64,000 nt of DNA. Origin: Camelus ferus. Lineage: Eukaryota. Made by a program: the position numbers and the translations under genes. The stretch's first letter is position 1. Each line of letters opens with the position of its first letter. The notes under the pieces were generated by a model. It did not search any database and had not been told where the DNA came from. It worked only from the letters and a program-made list of their open reading frames with translations. This document shows positions 35,471-49,479 of the stretch, in pieces. The DNA lies in contig NC_045696.1 in the NCBI RefSeq assembly GCF_009834535.1, positions 55,554,001 to 55,618,000 of the forward strand, written 5' to 3'.

Positions 35471-37574
35471 CTCTCTCAACATTGTTTACAAATATCAGTG
35501 TCAACATTGTGTTCTGCTTCTCATTCTGAAAAATTGTTTTTGAATGATCATTGGTAGTGACTCTTCCTAAATATGCTCTTTTTTTTAAGTGAAAATCTAC
35601 AGAGTGTATCTGTAAAATTCACATAAGTTATAGAGACTTCTGGCTAATCATACAAAAATATACACATATATACTTATCCATGCATTGATATTCCAATACT
35701 TATTTCTCCAAAGCACTGAACAGTAACAAGTTCACAAATCCCAAAGAGGATCAAGAAAAGAATATTAGCAATTTATATGCAATTCCCCAAAGCATACAAA
35801 TCTATCACGTCTCAAAGATGTTTATAAAATTTTCAATCAGAAAATATGTGGAAAATAGTTTATAACAGCACTTTTTTTCTCTCTTAATGGAAGAAAATTG
35901 TTGTAAAATCTCTTTTCTTGTTTCTTAACACCTCCAACATATTTTTACTATTTTCCTCTTTGACCCTGCCTGTTATATTCTGACACCAGTGGTTGTGACT
36001 TAATCTGTTCCTTGGAACAGTCCTCTTCTGATTTTTAACCTACAGCAAAACTCAGACATGTTATACTACTCTGTACACACCTGTGGGAGAGGCAGAATGT
36101 CACTTCCTTATTAACTTTATCCTCTGAAGAGTGTCTACACTGTGTGGAATGTGTAACCAGTCCAACTGGTATTTAAAAGCAAAAAGCCTTAACATGGTCT
36201 GCCTGGTATGAGAGTATCTGCCCAGCAATCGTAACTGAGATGATCATCTGATACTACTTTTGTGAGCTGAACCTTTCATTTCATTTCTATTTGAACATTA
36301 AAAGAAACTCGATTCTTGACATTGTTTCACTGGTGACTTGGTGTGGTTATGTGGTTGCATTCCAATGCACTAAGCTTCAGTCTGAACACATGCACAAATC
36401 CCTTTTTCATACCTAAATTCCATTTCTAATCATTATACTTTCAAAATCTTTGCTTATAACATCAAAGCTTAGTTAGTTTTTCCTTCAGTTGTCCACCAAA
36501 TGTGCATGTGCTCAGACTCAATAAACGTTCTCCACACAGATAAGCAGTCTTTCTGTTGACTGTGGGCTGGCAAAACTAGGTGAAAGCTGATAAATTTGCG
36601 GTGGACCTTTGGAAAAATGCTGAGTGACGTGACTACAGTTATAATTAATCAGTTTGTTGAATAAAATAACCCAAATATTGAAAGGCCAACAATATTATTA
36701 GTGATCAAAAACTTGAATGTTATTAGTAACATCTGAAATTTAGTTCACTGGTTTTCAGCTCTAATACCAGATAGCATTAATATGTTTCTAAAAGCAGAAC
36801 ACCTCAAACTTGGCCACTCCAGCCACTTCAGCCTTTCTCATTGGTATTCTGTGATGCATTTCACAGCTGTCATTTTGACCTTTCACAATGAGGCGGTGGA
36901 CCAGAGGGGATGGGCTTGGTATGGTCCGGTGATACTGTCTCAACGTGATTTTGATTGAAATTGAAACGTGATCTTGATTGAAAGAAGGGAGAAAATGGAG
37001 ATCTGGCTCCCTCTCGGTGACTCAGGCTCTCTACTAAAAGGGCTGCCTAGTGCAGAAATCAATCAGCGAAAAGTATATTCAGTTCTCAGTCCTTAAGTGG
37101 TAGAAAGTAGTCCGGGCCAGGAGTAAACATGAAAGGTGAGACTCTAGGTGGAGTTGGCAGTCAACTCAAAGAGGAAGAGGCATCTCAGAGTAAGCCTTTT
37201 CAGACTGAAACTGACAGAGGACATGGATGGACACTGGAATAAAAATATAATGGGGAATGAAAGCTTCAATGTCAGAACAAGCAGAGATCAGAAGATATGA
37301 TCTCCCTTGAAGGCACCCCCCAAGAAGGAGTGATTCCTATAGATACATGTGTGAGTGTCTCAAATGTTGTTAAATGAGATAACATATAAAAGCACTTACG
37401 GAAGTGCTTTTAATAGTATTATCTACAATATTGATGCTAGATTTTACCTGAGCAATCCTGGTGACCCTCCATCACTGCATTCCACAGCCACCCTGATACC
37501 CTCACCATAAGAGAAAGTAAAGCTACTGGAACACTTTTCCTGGGCATATATCCCTTCCCCTCTTCCATTTAAAG

Positions 37575-38785
37575 AATAAACATGACATCATTTGTCATTA
37601 GGGAAACAAAAATCAAAACCATGATGAGACGCCACTTCACACCCACAAGGATGGCTGTAATCAAAGAAACAGATAATAACAAGTGTCGACAAGGCTGTGA
37701 AGAAATTAGAGTATTTCTACTGCTAGTGGGAATGTAAAATGGTGCAGCTGCTTTGAAATACAGTTTGGCAATTCTTAAAAAAGTTAAATATTATCATATC
37801 ACCCAGCATTTCAACACCTAGTTACAAACTTAAGACAATTGGAAATATGTGGCCATACAAAAACTTGCACAAAAAATTTGCAGAGCAGTGTTCATAATAA
37901 CACAAAAGTGGAAAATACACAAATGCCCATCAAGTGATGGATGGATTTTTAACATGTGATAATTGACAGATGAATGGATTAAAAATATAGTTTACATATG
38001 CAATAGAATGTTATTTAGCCTTAAAAAGGAATGAAATTCTGACACATGCTACAACAAGGATGAAGCTTGAGGATATTATGCTAGGTGAAACAAGCCAGTC
38101 ACAAAAGGACAAATATTGCATGATTCTACTTCTACAAGGTAGCTAAAGTAGTCACATTCCTAGAGACAAAGTAGAATGGCGGTTATCAGGGACTAGGGGA
38201 GCGGAAAATGGGGAGCTGTTTAATAGGTATAGAGTTTCAGTTTTACAAAATGGAGAAAGTCTGGAGATCTGTTGTACAACAATGTGAACATACTTTACTG
38301 AACTGCACCCTTAAAAATAGTTGAGATGGTAAGTATCATGCTTTTTACCACAATTTTTAAAAGTTAAAAATGAAAAAGGTTATGTATACTCATGTGATGG
38401 AATATTGTTTGATAATGAAAAGGAATGAAGTACTGATATAGGACTATGACTTGGATAAACCTTGGAAGCATTCTGTGAAGTGAAAGAAGCCAGACACAAA
38501 AGGCCACATGTTATATGATCCCATTTGTGTGAAATGTCCGGAAAAGGCAAATCCCTAGAGACAGACAGAGAGCAGATGAGTGGTTGCCAGGTGCAGGGGA
38601 GGAGGAATGGGGACCGAATGCTGTGAGTATGAGGTTTCCTTTGGGGGTGACGAAAATCTTCTGAAATTAGAGAGTGGTGGTGGTTGCACAACTCTGACCA
38701 GCCTAAAAAGCACTAAACTGTACCCTTCAAAAGGGTGACTTTCATGGTATATGAATTCTATGTGTCAATAAAGCTATTTTTAAAA
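37575..38785 (+). mobile_element. L1MB-type 3' ends, one nested in another
   Basis: The GATG(G/A)ATGGAT junction motif occurs twice (~37936, ~37969). The outer element resumes at ~38376. Confidence 0.75.
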
Positions 38786-41700
38786 AATTAATGTGGAGAC
38801 TAGTATTTTTAAGTTCACTGTATGAACAGAGGAAAGTGAAGGAGAAACAGAAACAGAATCAGAAACAAAAGAAACTGGAATACCTGAGCCTTCAAGGAGA
38901 ATTATCCTCCTGTTCCCCACATTCTTTACAAATTCCCTAGTTTTACTCTTTGGCCTTTTGTACACGCTTTATTTTCTTTTAAATTAGCCTCTTGTTATTT
39001 CATATGTGTGTACGTACGTTTGTGCATGTGTTTCCAGCTTTACTGAAATACAAGTTTAAGGCGTATAATGTAATAATTTGATATATACCTGTATACATAT
39101 TATGTGTGTATATATACAAATGTACATATATACATGTGTATGTACATATATGTATATATATAAGTTTAAGGTGTACAATGTAATGATTTGACATATATAT
39201 ATATATGTATATTTGGGGAAATGCTTTCCACGATAAAGCCTATTATTTCTTGTCTAACTCATTCTGTTTTACTCACCCAGTCTCCTCCACGTACCTTATT
39301 TTGCTCTTATGTCATCAACCTTTTTGTTAACACAATACCAACCTATCTAGTCTTGTGAATAAGAAGTTGTGAGTACATAAGCATCATTGTCTCTTGATGT
39401 TTTTGTGCTCACATGCATCTAGTTTTGTGTATGGGGTGCGGACAAGTATGGTTCCAGATGGCTGTGTAGCTGTGCTTGAATCTTCGTGCCAATGATGGGA
39501 CTGGAAACATGGTAAGGCTAAAACTCAGACAAAGAGAATTGTGATTTTATGAGTGGCAAACAATATTAGCGTGCCAGCGCCTTATTAGGCTCTCAAAAAG
39601 CTATTTTTTTCCTTGTAGTATTGGCAGAATTTGCAACAAACTAACACCAGATAGACAGTGGTAGTGTGTGGCCTATTATTGTGAACAGAGAGGATTCCAA
39701 TAGGCAGAGTTCAGTAATCTGCCTAATTTTGTGTTTTAATGTTTTTGAAAAAGCAAAAGCAGTCCTCCTCAAATTCCATTAAAATTGCACTAAATATTTA
39801 CAAAAAGAAGCAGACCCATTTTAATACTCAAAATAGAAGGGAGAGAAACCAGAGATTTTTATGATTTCTGAAGACAGAAAGCAGCTGGGGCAGCAATGAT
39901 GGATAAACTGGAGCAGACTCCTGTCCTCGGAACCCACAGAGGCAGTGAGGCGCAGGGGGATGCTCTCCGGGCAGTTCCTCGGACAGCCCCAAGTGCAGCG
40001 TGGGCAGGTACGCGGGACGGCAGGGAGCTGTGAGTAACAAAGGACTCCTCCTTTCTCATGACCTTTACACTCTATTTCAGTTGCCTACCACCAGAGCCAC
40101 ACCTTGTCAACACCAAAATCACCCCACAATGAAGTCATGCGTGGAGTCAAATTACACTTACAGAAATCACACTGACCCTGGACAATTTTACAGAGAAGTT
40201 TTGTATCAAATGTTTACAATGAGAAAAAAGTGGGGATAATTGTCCAACCACAGATTGATCAAATAAATTGTGACATATCCATGCAATGAAATTCTATGCA
40301 TCCAATTAATGTTGCTGTAATTATTGTTTAATTATTTGGATGACTATAGTTGGATCTACCCCATATCATGCAACAACATACATATACATATATAACTATA
40401 TACTATTTACATATATAGAGTTAAACATAGAAAAGAGACAGACTGAAAGAAAAGAACAGGAAAATAGGAAATCTTAAATTAGAAAGCCCTTTTTAAGCAT
40501 CATGCCAAAGGCGGACGTTATTAAGAATATTTATATCATTGAAAAAAATTTTTTTTAATCTATGAAAAATGTTAGCAAAAAGGCAAATGATTAATAGAGA
40601 GTAATATTTGCAGTGAACATGGCAGGTCAATAGCCTAAACATGTAGTAAGTTCCCACAAACCAACTCCTAAAATTACAAATACCCCCAGTCAAAAAAGAG
40701 AGCCAAGAACATAAACGGGAAACTTACTGAAGAAAACATGTAAGTAGCCAAAGGTGTTTAAAAAAAAAAAAGACACCAATTCAATATTTTTATAAACAAA
40801 AATTTATGGATGATACCTAATGTGGCCTAAAGTGCAGAGAAATGGGCACTTTTTCACACTGCTGTGGGGGTTATGCATTTTACAGCCACTCTGGAATGCA
40901 ACATGATAATACAAATCCAAAAACCTTAGAATGAACATGCCCTTTAGTCAGAAATTCTAATTCTAGGAATTTGTATGAAGAAAATAATGAGTTGTGCTTA
41001 AAATTTTCTGTACAAGAATATTCTCCACAGCGTTATTTATAATATTGAAGAACTGAAAAATCTGAATTTTCAACCTGAAGGATTTAATAAGTACATAATA
41101 GGATATTCATACGGTGGGATACAATACACCCATTAAAATGATGCTGAAGAAAAGTCCCATAGGGAAATGTCTGTACTGTATTGTAAGTCAAAATAACTGG
41201 TGTAGAAGACTGTAAGTATGATCCCAATTACTTGGGAGGAAATGCAAAAAAGAAAGATTGAAAATGCCATGAGGGTAAGGATTTTGTCTGTTTCATTCTG
41301 TTAGTACTGTACCTGACACGTAATCATACCTCAGATAGCTCTTAAAGGGATGATTCTACACCAAAATGCTTCTTGGGTTTATCACTGAGTAAGCAAGTAC
41401 AGTGATTTTTATTTTCTATGATGAATATACATTCATTTGGTAATCAGAATAGAACAATGAATGTTGTTTTTAAGGCAGAGAACAATTTAGGGCAATACTT
41501 AAAGAAATGCAGATACCTTCCTGTAATTGACATTTTGGTCACACACTTGTGGCTCTTCTCAAGCACTATTTAATGCAATAATTTCCTGACCCCACCTCCA
41601 CCCCCAACCACCAGGACTGAGTAGATCTAACTTACCCTAAACCTCTCGAATCAGAAATTCATTCATTCATTTGAAACTATTCTAGTTTTGGTGAAGAAGC

Positions 41701-43439
41701 AAGAGCAGCAGAAGAAAGACAACAAATAAATAAACAAGGTAATATCCAAGTGTGAGTATTTTTCAAAGGAAATAAAACATGATTATATGAGAGAAAGTAA
41801 CTGGTGTGGAGAGGGCAGAGTCCTTTAGGGAGGGACATAAGGAAAGTCTTCTCAGAGGAAGCAAGAGCTGATCTGCACTTGAAGGATGATAAGGAGTCAG
41901 CCCTGGGAACCACCAAGAGAAATGGATTTCCACTAACAGGAATAGCAAGTGCAAAGGCCCTGTGGTCAGGGCATATGTACATAGGGTGCAAGTAGTACCT
42001 CATGAAGTTGAAGAAGAATACATGGCAACTTGAAAGTCATGGTGAGGAGTTTGGACCTTATGCTGAGTGCAAAGAGAACCACTGGACTCTCTTAAACTGA
42101 GGAACAACAAAGTCTGATTTATTGTCTTAAAAGCTCTCAGAACAGTTCTGATTAAGAGGGTAGCTTTAAATTGCATACAGAAACTTCTTTCCCCAAGTCT
42201 AATAAAATAAACAAAAACTTTAAAAAACCAAAAGCCTATATACTTAGTAAATATCAAATTAAGAGAGGCCACGACGAATTCACTGTTCTTCAAAAGCTGA
42301 TGGCCAGGGAAAGAAAAAAATGTTTCCAGGGGAAAAGAAAGGAAATACAGCTGTATTTGTAAGGAGACAAAGGTCTAGAATTCTTACTATTACCATTAAA
42401 TCCAGACAGAGACATTTTATTTCTTTTGAACTTCCTACCAGGAAGTAGCGGGAATGAATGACGGTTGTGGGGGCTGACTCTCAACGGAAGTGCCGTTCCA
42501 GAGCTAGATTCTGACCTGGGAACTGGACCCGAGCCCTGGAGTCTTCTATGTAATTGGTCAGGCCACGGATGGGGAGAGACAGCAATGGGAACTGAGAAGG
42601 AACAACCAGAGAGTAGAAGCACAGAGAGAAGATGGGATAATGGAATCCAGAAGAGGAAAGCAGTACCAGAAGGATGGAGCCATCAGCTCTGTCGACTGCT
42701 GCTGAGTGACTGAGGGAAATGGAGGCAAAGCAGAGTCTGTTCCTAAACAATCTAACCTGTTCCAGGGATGGTCCTGACCTATGAGAACTCCCGAAGCTAC
42801 TGATTAAGGTACTCAGTAAATTCTGACATTCCTGCGATGACTCATCAGCAATACTAGCCTAAATAAACTGTGCTGCGTCTCTCTGTGGTATGTTACTCAG
42901 CCATAGAAAGAAACACTTCTTTTGTTCAGATGTGGATGATGCTGTGTATGACACATGGCAGCTCCAGAGGAAAGGAGAAAAGACACAGGAGGGAAGGGAG
43001 GGGAGGAAGAAATTCACTGGACATCATCAAGTAATTGATCCCTCTCTCTATGTCTGAATTTCTCCCCATCTCTTTGTTTCCAGACCTCTGGCCCCTTCTG
43101 AGACTTTGGGCCAACTCAGTGTGAGCACTTCTGGGACAATTACTCCCCCTGTAAATACAGTGTATGCCAGTTATAGAAACAGAACTACACATGGCCCTGG
43201 ACAGAGAAGTGTGTGCCAGTGGGACTGAGCAGTCAGAACAGCAGCGAGGCCTATTAATACACAAAAGCAGAATGAAAGATCGAATCACACCAACAAAAAC
43301 AAATCAAACCAAAGTCAAAACCAAAGCCCTGAGTGTGTGTTCGAGGAAAGCCCAGACCTACGAGGAATCCAGGGGAGTGGTGAGCTGAGCCCTGTCAAGG
43401 TACTTCCATCTGTCAGAATCACACATTCCAAAGTAGCCG

Positions 43440-43590
43440 AAATCTACTGGCTGAGTTTCCTGTTACTTCCGGCCTCCGTGAGGCAGGCTCAGGCAGCATC
43501 AGGCTCAGCCCATGTGAGATACCTTCTCCCAATCACAGACCACCCTTCCCTGGTCCCCACGGCTCAAAGGGCTGGTGCAAGGTAGAAAAG
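43440..43590 (+). promoter_or_regulatory. UPK1B: Candidate UPK1B proximal promoter
   Basis: ETS site ACTTCCGG (~43465), CCAAT (~43529), CCACCC box and TATA-like TAGAAAAG (~43583) upstream of the candidate exon 1. Confidence 0.45.
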
Positions 43591-43659
43591 CACCTCAGGC
43601 CAGAGCAGCAGTGTGCAGAGCAGGCCGGCCCAGTGCCACCAGGAGGAGGAGAGGGAACG
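43590..43659 (+). other. UPK1B: Candidate UPK1B non-coding exon 1 (start approximate)
   Basis: Donor ACG|GTGAGT (GT at 43660) in a GC-rich patch ~11.5 kb upstream of the ATG exon. No ATG in the exon. Confidence 0.55.
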
Positions 43660-45376
43660 GTGAGTAGACCCCTTCCCGGGGCAGGGAAGATAACTGCACT
43701 CTCAGGGGTTGGGTTGCTTTCCTGTGAGGGGAGCTAGCTGAGTGCAAGGGAGAGGGGAAGATGTTAATTTCCTGATGAATATGACCTGTCATTTTCTGTA
43801 GTTTAGGATATTGTGAGTGTTCTGTTCTCTTTTACTTTAAACTGTACAGACTGCTTTTTTAACCCCTTCAGTATTGTCCTGTTCTCAGAACTGAGATAGT
43901 TCTCCTGGGGGGTGTTATTCATCCATCCTGATGTTCACCTTACAGAAAGGCCAAGAAAAATCCAAAAGCCTTGTGAAAACTTTAATCTCCTGAGTAAATC
44001 CCAGATAGACAGACACCTTCGTGGACCCTCAGTTTCCTTGTAGAGTCCGAAAAGCAAAAGAAAAATTAAGGAAACAGGTCACGACATTTCTTAAAAATCT
44101 GTCCCTTAGCCTAGCAGAGAAGAAGTGCCTTAGTCTTCTTGCCAGATGTCATCTGGTCCTGCCAACTCGTAATGGGATTTGTAAGGCAATTTACCGGTGT
44201 TTCTCCTCTGAAGCAATTCTGCTTAATAAATGTTGAAAAGATCAACAAATTAGCTTCATCTATACAATGTTATTTTCACATAACTTATTTTTACTCTTTT
44301 CCAGAGTAAAAATATCAGATCAGACCTGGTTGATCCACCAGGATTCACAAATCAAATTTTTTGTTCTAATGACATTTCTATACATAATATAGATTAACTT
44401 TCAAAGAATACTAGTATTATTTTATGTTTATGTTTATGTTTATGGGTTTAAAATCCTTAACTGATAACTGGCTTTAAAGATTTTTAAGACATTTTGAATT
44501 TTTATTAATTTTAATGTCTTTTTTAAAATTATTATTTTTTTAAAAAGTATTTTGGTCCTTTATTAAAGATTTCTTGGGAAAGAAAATAGCTTAAGGCAAA
44601 ACTTTTTACTGATTAAATAATACAAGGGTTTGTGGTGAATAACTTTTTTCTTGGTGTTAAGCAACATTTTTGTCTGAATAGAATAACTAAGCATAAGAAA
44701 GAACTCAGTTTATATATATATATACACACATATTTCAATTATATATATATTTAACTTGGGTTATATAGTTTTCGAACTTTATAAAGAAATGGTTTTTCTT
44801 TTGATTAACCTTTCTCAATGAGGAGGAAATTTTCTTATTTTGCTTTCTGCTACAACAGCTTTTTTTTTTTTTTTTGCTTTTCTGCAACAATAGGCCTAAA
44901 AATCAGCAATCAGCTCATCTATTTTTTAACCACCTGGAAAGAATCATAGACTTGGAAATAACAAGAGGAACTTAGACACCATGTAGATAAGAAAAACAAA
45001 TGAAATCTCAGAATTTCTTTGACCTCGCCTGCTTACATTCTTACTCAGAGCAAACACTGATCAGCTCTAGAATATGCTTGACCCCAGTGCTGGAATCTGG
45101 GCCTCATGGCCATGCAAGTTGCCTGCACCCCTGATGGATCACTGCCCCCCAACTGGGACACAGGTCAAATTCAAGAGGAGGTACCTTAATCTCACCTCCC
45201 CCAGGGAATCTCCAGAGTGTTCCTGCGCTGGGGCTGGGCATCCCACCGGCATTGCCCACACCCAAGGTTCTTACTTGGCTGCAAACACCTGAGTATTGCT
45301 TACATCTTAGTCCTTGACTTCAGGTGGGTGATCACTCTGAGGTCAGCACAGCAAACAAACATCAGGGGTCTAGAGC

Positions 45377-45550
45377 AGTGCTGTGAGGATGGAAATATTC
45401 CATACAACAGCCACTCACCACATATGGCTACTGAGCACCTAAAAAGTGGCTAGTGCAAATAAAGAACTGAATTTTTAATTGTACTTAATTGAATTAATTC
45501 TAATGAAAATAGCTACATGCCTTTACTAGTTACCACCTTGGTCAGAGCAG
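45377..45550. mobile_element. hAT-Charlie MITE (MER3-like)
   Basis: CAGTGCTGT start, AGCCAC...ATGGCTACTGAGCAC core, AT-rich centre. Confidence 0.65.
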
Positions 45551-48217
45551 GTGTAGGGCTTTAAAGCAAGAAAGACTAATGGATGCTGTGGGCCATGGGT
45601 ATCACGGCCATGGAAACAGACTCCTCCTTTCATCATGCCCAGGACTTATCATACCGTAAATCTGAGCAGACCAGCAATTGTCCTGATCTCATCTCCACAG
45701 CCATCTTTATCCTCACGTCCAAGTCAGACAACTGTCTAATCTTGTTCTGGGTTTCAGAGTCAGGGCTAAGATAACAACCTATTATTTGTTTCTTCCCCTA
45801 TTTCTCCTTTTTTTTTTTTTTCCCTTTGTCAATCCAAATTTCACTAGCCTGAGCTATAAAGTGTGAGGTGTGGTTTGTGTGTACTCTGGTCCAATAAACT
45901 TGGGTGAGTAAAAGAAGTAATGAACTTGAGAAAAAATGATCTCATGCCTGGTGAGTGAGTCTCACTTCGTTTTCTTCTGCTTTGAAAATGGGTTTGTTTA
46001 GTGAGCAATGGTTTTGAGACCTATTCAATGTGTCTGGAAACATCAACACCATGGAGACGAATAATTATTAGAAGAAAACAAACTGAAGGAAGGCACAAGA
46101 AAAATAAAATTCCAGCCTTTCAAAAAATCTGCACTCCTCAGAGCAAAGGAACTCCCAGGATGTTGTGCAATTTGAGTAAATCATCATGGTGCCAGGCCAC
46201 TGGGCAGCCTTCCACAGGGGCTATTCCTGGGTGTGGAAAACACTTTGAGGAGAACTAGACATTTTCGTTCAGGGGCAGTATCGTTTCTGAAGGGGATAGC
46301 TGCTACTACATCCTCTGCACTCTACCATCCCACTTTTTAAAATTCACTCCATCCCATGTGCTTCCTTATTAGCCCTCCCAAGTAACAAACAAACAAACAA
46401 ACAAAAAAGAAGAAAGAAAAGGAAAGGGGAAAAAAGCCAAATATATACGAAGGAAGCGCTACTTTGGAATAACACAGGGAAGTTGCAGTAAACCCCATAT
46501 TTGCAAGAGCTCATACACTCTGGGGTCTAAAAGGGAAGTGGGGAAAGGGGAGACACACCACTTTATCAGGGCCAGGCTCCATGCACAGCCCCCAGCCCGC
46601 AGATCCTGAGTTAGGAGTTTCATCTGTCGAGGCTCTTCCCTCTCCTAGGGCCCTTTTCCCTCTCAGGGTTTCTCCCTAATCACATACCTTCTCAGTAAGA
46701 CAAAAACTACCAACAGTGTAATCACTGACTTCTAGGTATGTCACTCTTCAATTAATTTGAAAGCTTATAACTTTGTTTCTTTTGTGCAATTATTTGTCAA
46801 AGTGACTGTTTTTTAATGAACAGCAATCTATTCCTCTGTGGGTTCAGAACTAACTTATTAACAAACTTGGGTACAGACAAGAGGTAACCAAAAAAGAAAG
46901 AAAAAGAAAAAAGGTAACAGAGGGCCAGGATACATTGCCATGGCCGTGGCTGAGGCCAGTAGGGGAGAGAAGCTACGCGCGTGCGTACACCCACCAAACA
47001 GGACACAGTGTGGGCTCCCCTGGAGAGCTGTTTGCTTAGGGCAGAGGGAGGGAGGTGGGGAAGGCAGGCTGACTCTGGGCAAGGGTAGTTGGGGAAAGAA
47101 AAGATTTTTCAGCTGAGCTTCAGAAGATGGTAAACTGTTCAAGAAGCAGAAACGAGAGAACACTCAGAGGAGATGAGGAAGGCAGGCCATTTGGAACCTA
47201 ATGGTACCTACTGAATACAAGCTAAGGAGTGTGCATTTTCTCTCTTGGGTCCTCCCACCTCTCTTCTGTGGGCCAGGAAGAGAATGAAATTATGGGGGCT
47301 GGACAAACACTGCAGATACAGCAAAGGGAAGTCATTAGTCTGCCTCCAAGAGCTGGAAAGCCAAAAATTTCTCAAATTTAAGTGCAAAAGAGTAGGATGG
47401 GAGAAATTTGGGTTTGGAGAGATTGGTCAGCAAGGGCGAATGGGCAGACAGGTGGAGCCATCTGGCAACAGGTATAAGAAGGAGCTGGTGGCCAAGCTTG
47501 TGGTTGAACAGGAGCAATCAGCAAAAACCACCTTTGAATTGAGGCTATAGGGAGCCTCTGGAAGTGTTTAAGCAGGGGCATGACCTAAACCCAGAGCTGT
47601 GTTTTAAGACAGTGCATCTCAGGATTAAGTGGCTGGCACTTAGAAGGCATTTTTATCTTTGTGGAATACCCTAAGGATTGACATGTTAGATTTCAAATAA
47701 CTAAGTAAACCATTTTGGCCTAATTCATACTACAAACTAGATTTTGGCTAGACAGGTGGTAGTAGGCACCCAAGATCTAAGAAAAATTTGGGAGAGGAAA
47801 ATGCTTAAAATGAGAACTTTTTTTAGACTTTGAAATATGGTTTATTACCCATTTTCATCAAATATGCGTTACTCTAATAAACGGCCTATTATAAACACAG
47901 GCGTTAAAATGACAAATTTTGATCTTTAATTTTTCTTCAGATTAGGAAATGACTGCAATTCTTCAATTTTGACATCAAAACATGTTGCCCGAGTAGGCAG
48001 AACCTCTGTGCTCTGCAGGGTCATTTGAGAGCCTCTGCTTTAGAAAGTTCAGCCTGGAAGCACTGTATGTAATGGGAACAGAGGCTGGTGAATCCATCTG
48101 AGTCACAAGTTAGGAGCTGGCAGTGGGAATTGAAAAGAAAGGGTAAAATGGTCTCAGAAAACATCAGAAAATGATTATTTTTGCTTCTATCAGAAATATA
48201 AATCAATTTAAATTAGG

Positions 48218-48676
48218 AATATATTATTCAGGGTTCTTCATAGAAACAGAACCAATAGAATATATAGAGAGACAAAGATTTCTTTTAAGGAATTGGTTTA
48301 TGTGGTGATGGGGGCTGGCAAGTTTGAAATCTGTAGAGCAGGCCAAACAGGTTGAAAATTCAGGAAAGAAGCTGAAGTTGCAGTCTTGAGTCTGAACTCT
48401 GCAAACTGGAAACTCAGACAGGGTTTCTATGTTACAGTCTTGAGGAGGCAGAACTACTTCTTCAGAAAAGCTCAGTCTTTGCTCTTAAGCCCTTCAACTG
48501 ATTGCATGAGGCCCACCCACATCATGGAGGTAATCTGCTTTATGCAAAGTCTACTAATTTAAACATCAATTACATCTAAAAAATATCTTCACAGCAATGT
48601 ACAAACTGGTATTATATTTGATCAAATAACTGGGCACCATATCCTAGTCAAGTTGATGCATAAAATTAATCATTGG
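48218..48676. mobile_element. MLT2 (ERVL) LTR
   Basis: CAGGGTTCT...AGAAACAGAACCAATAG start and GTCAAGTTGA..CATAAAATTAA end. Confidence 0.8.
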
Positions 48677-49479
48677 ACGGTGTTAATTTTGATACTTTCT
48701 TATCAGGCAGCAGAGACAAAACTCAAGAAGTTATTAACTTCTTAAGGCACAACTACTCCAGGTCCCAGAGAACACCACAGTTTGTATTCTGTATGTAGAA
48801 AAGGGCCCACGTGTCCCTCCTTTTTGCTCTCCCTCCATGCCTGTCCTCTCTGGAAACGTCAACAAATTCATAATGTCTTTTTTTTTTTTTAAATAGCCAT
48901 CAGTGTGGAACTTTTTCAAAGTCTTTCTTTTTTCAACCTAAATAAGTTCATTCGTTTGCCCTTGTGCACAGGCATCAAATAGCCTCCCAAGAACGCTAAA
49001 AGATTAGCAGGTCTGATCATTTCCTTCCATAGAAGTCACGTTTCCTTTCCTCTAAGTATATCAGGAACACAACCCTCTATGAGAGATTCCTCCTGCTGGT
49101 CTATTATGGAAGTAAACTTGCCCCAGGTTTCCAGGAGCCTTTCCTAGAAGTGTTCCACTGAGAGACTAGGTAATAGCAACCTACACACTTGGACCAAGGT
49201 TTTCCAACTTCACTCTTGAGCTTCTTCTAACTTCTTGGATAACCACCTTCTGAACTTAGTGATTTGCCTACCTGTTTCTTTTGTTAGTTCTAGAGCAGTT
49301 GTTTACAGCCACTCTCGGGCAAGTTCTGTGGTGAGGAAGTTTACAGCTGGTGAGGGGAGGCCCCGGGAGGTTCAGGCTCCTACTCTTGTTTCAGTCAGAA
49401 TCTGCTCTGGGTTTAGACATGAGCATTGCATATTGAAACCTTATTTCTGTATTTCCTTTGAAAATGTGGCTGGTTTTTT

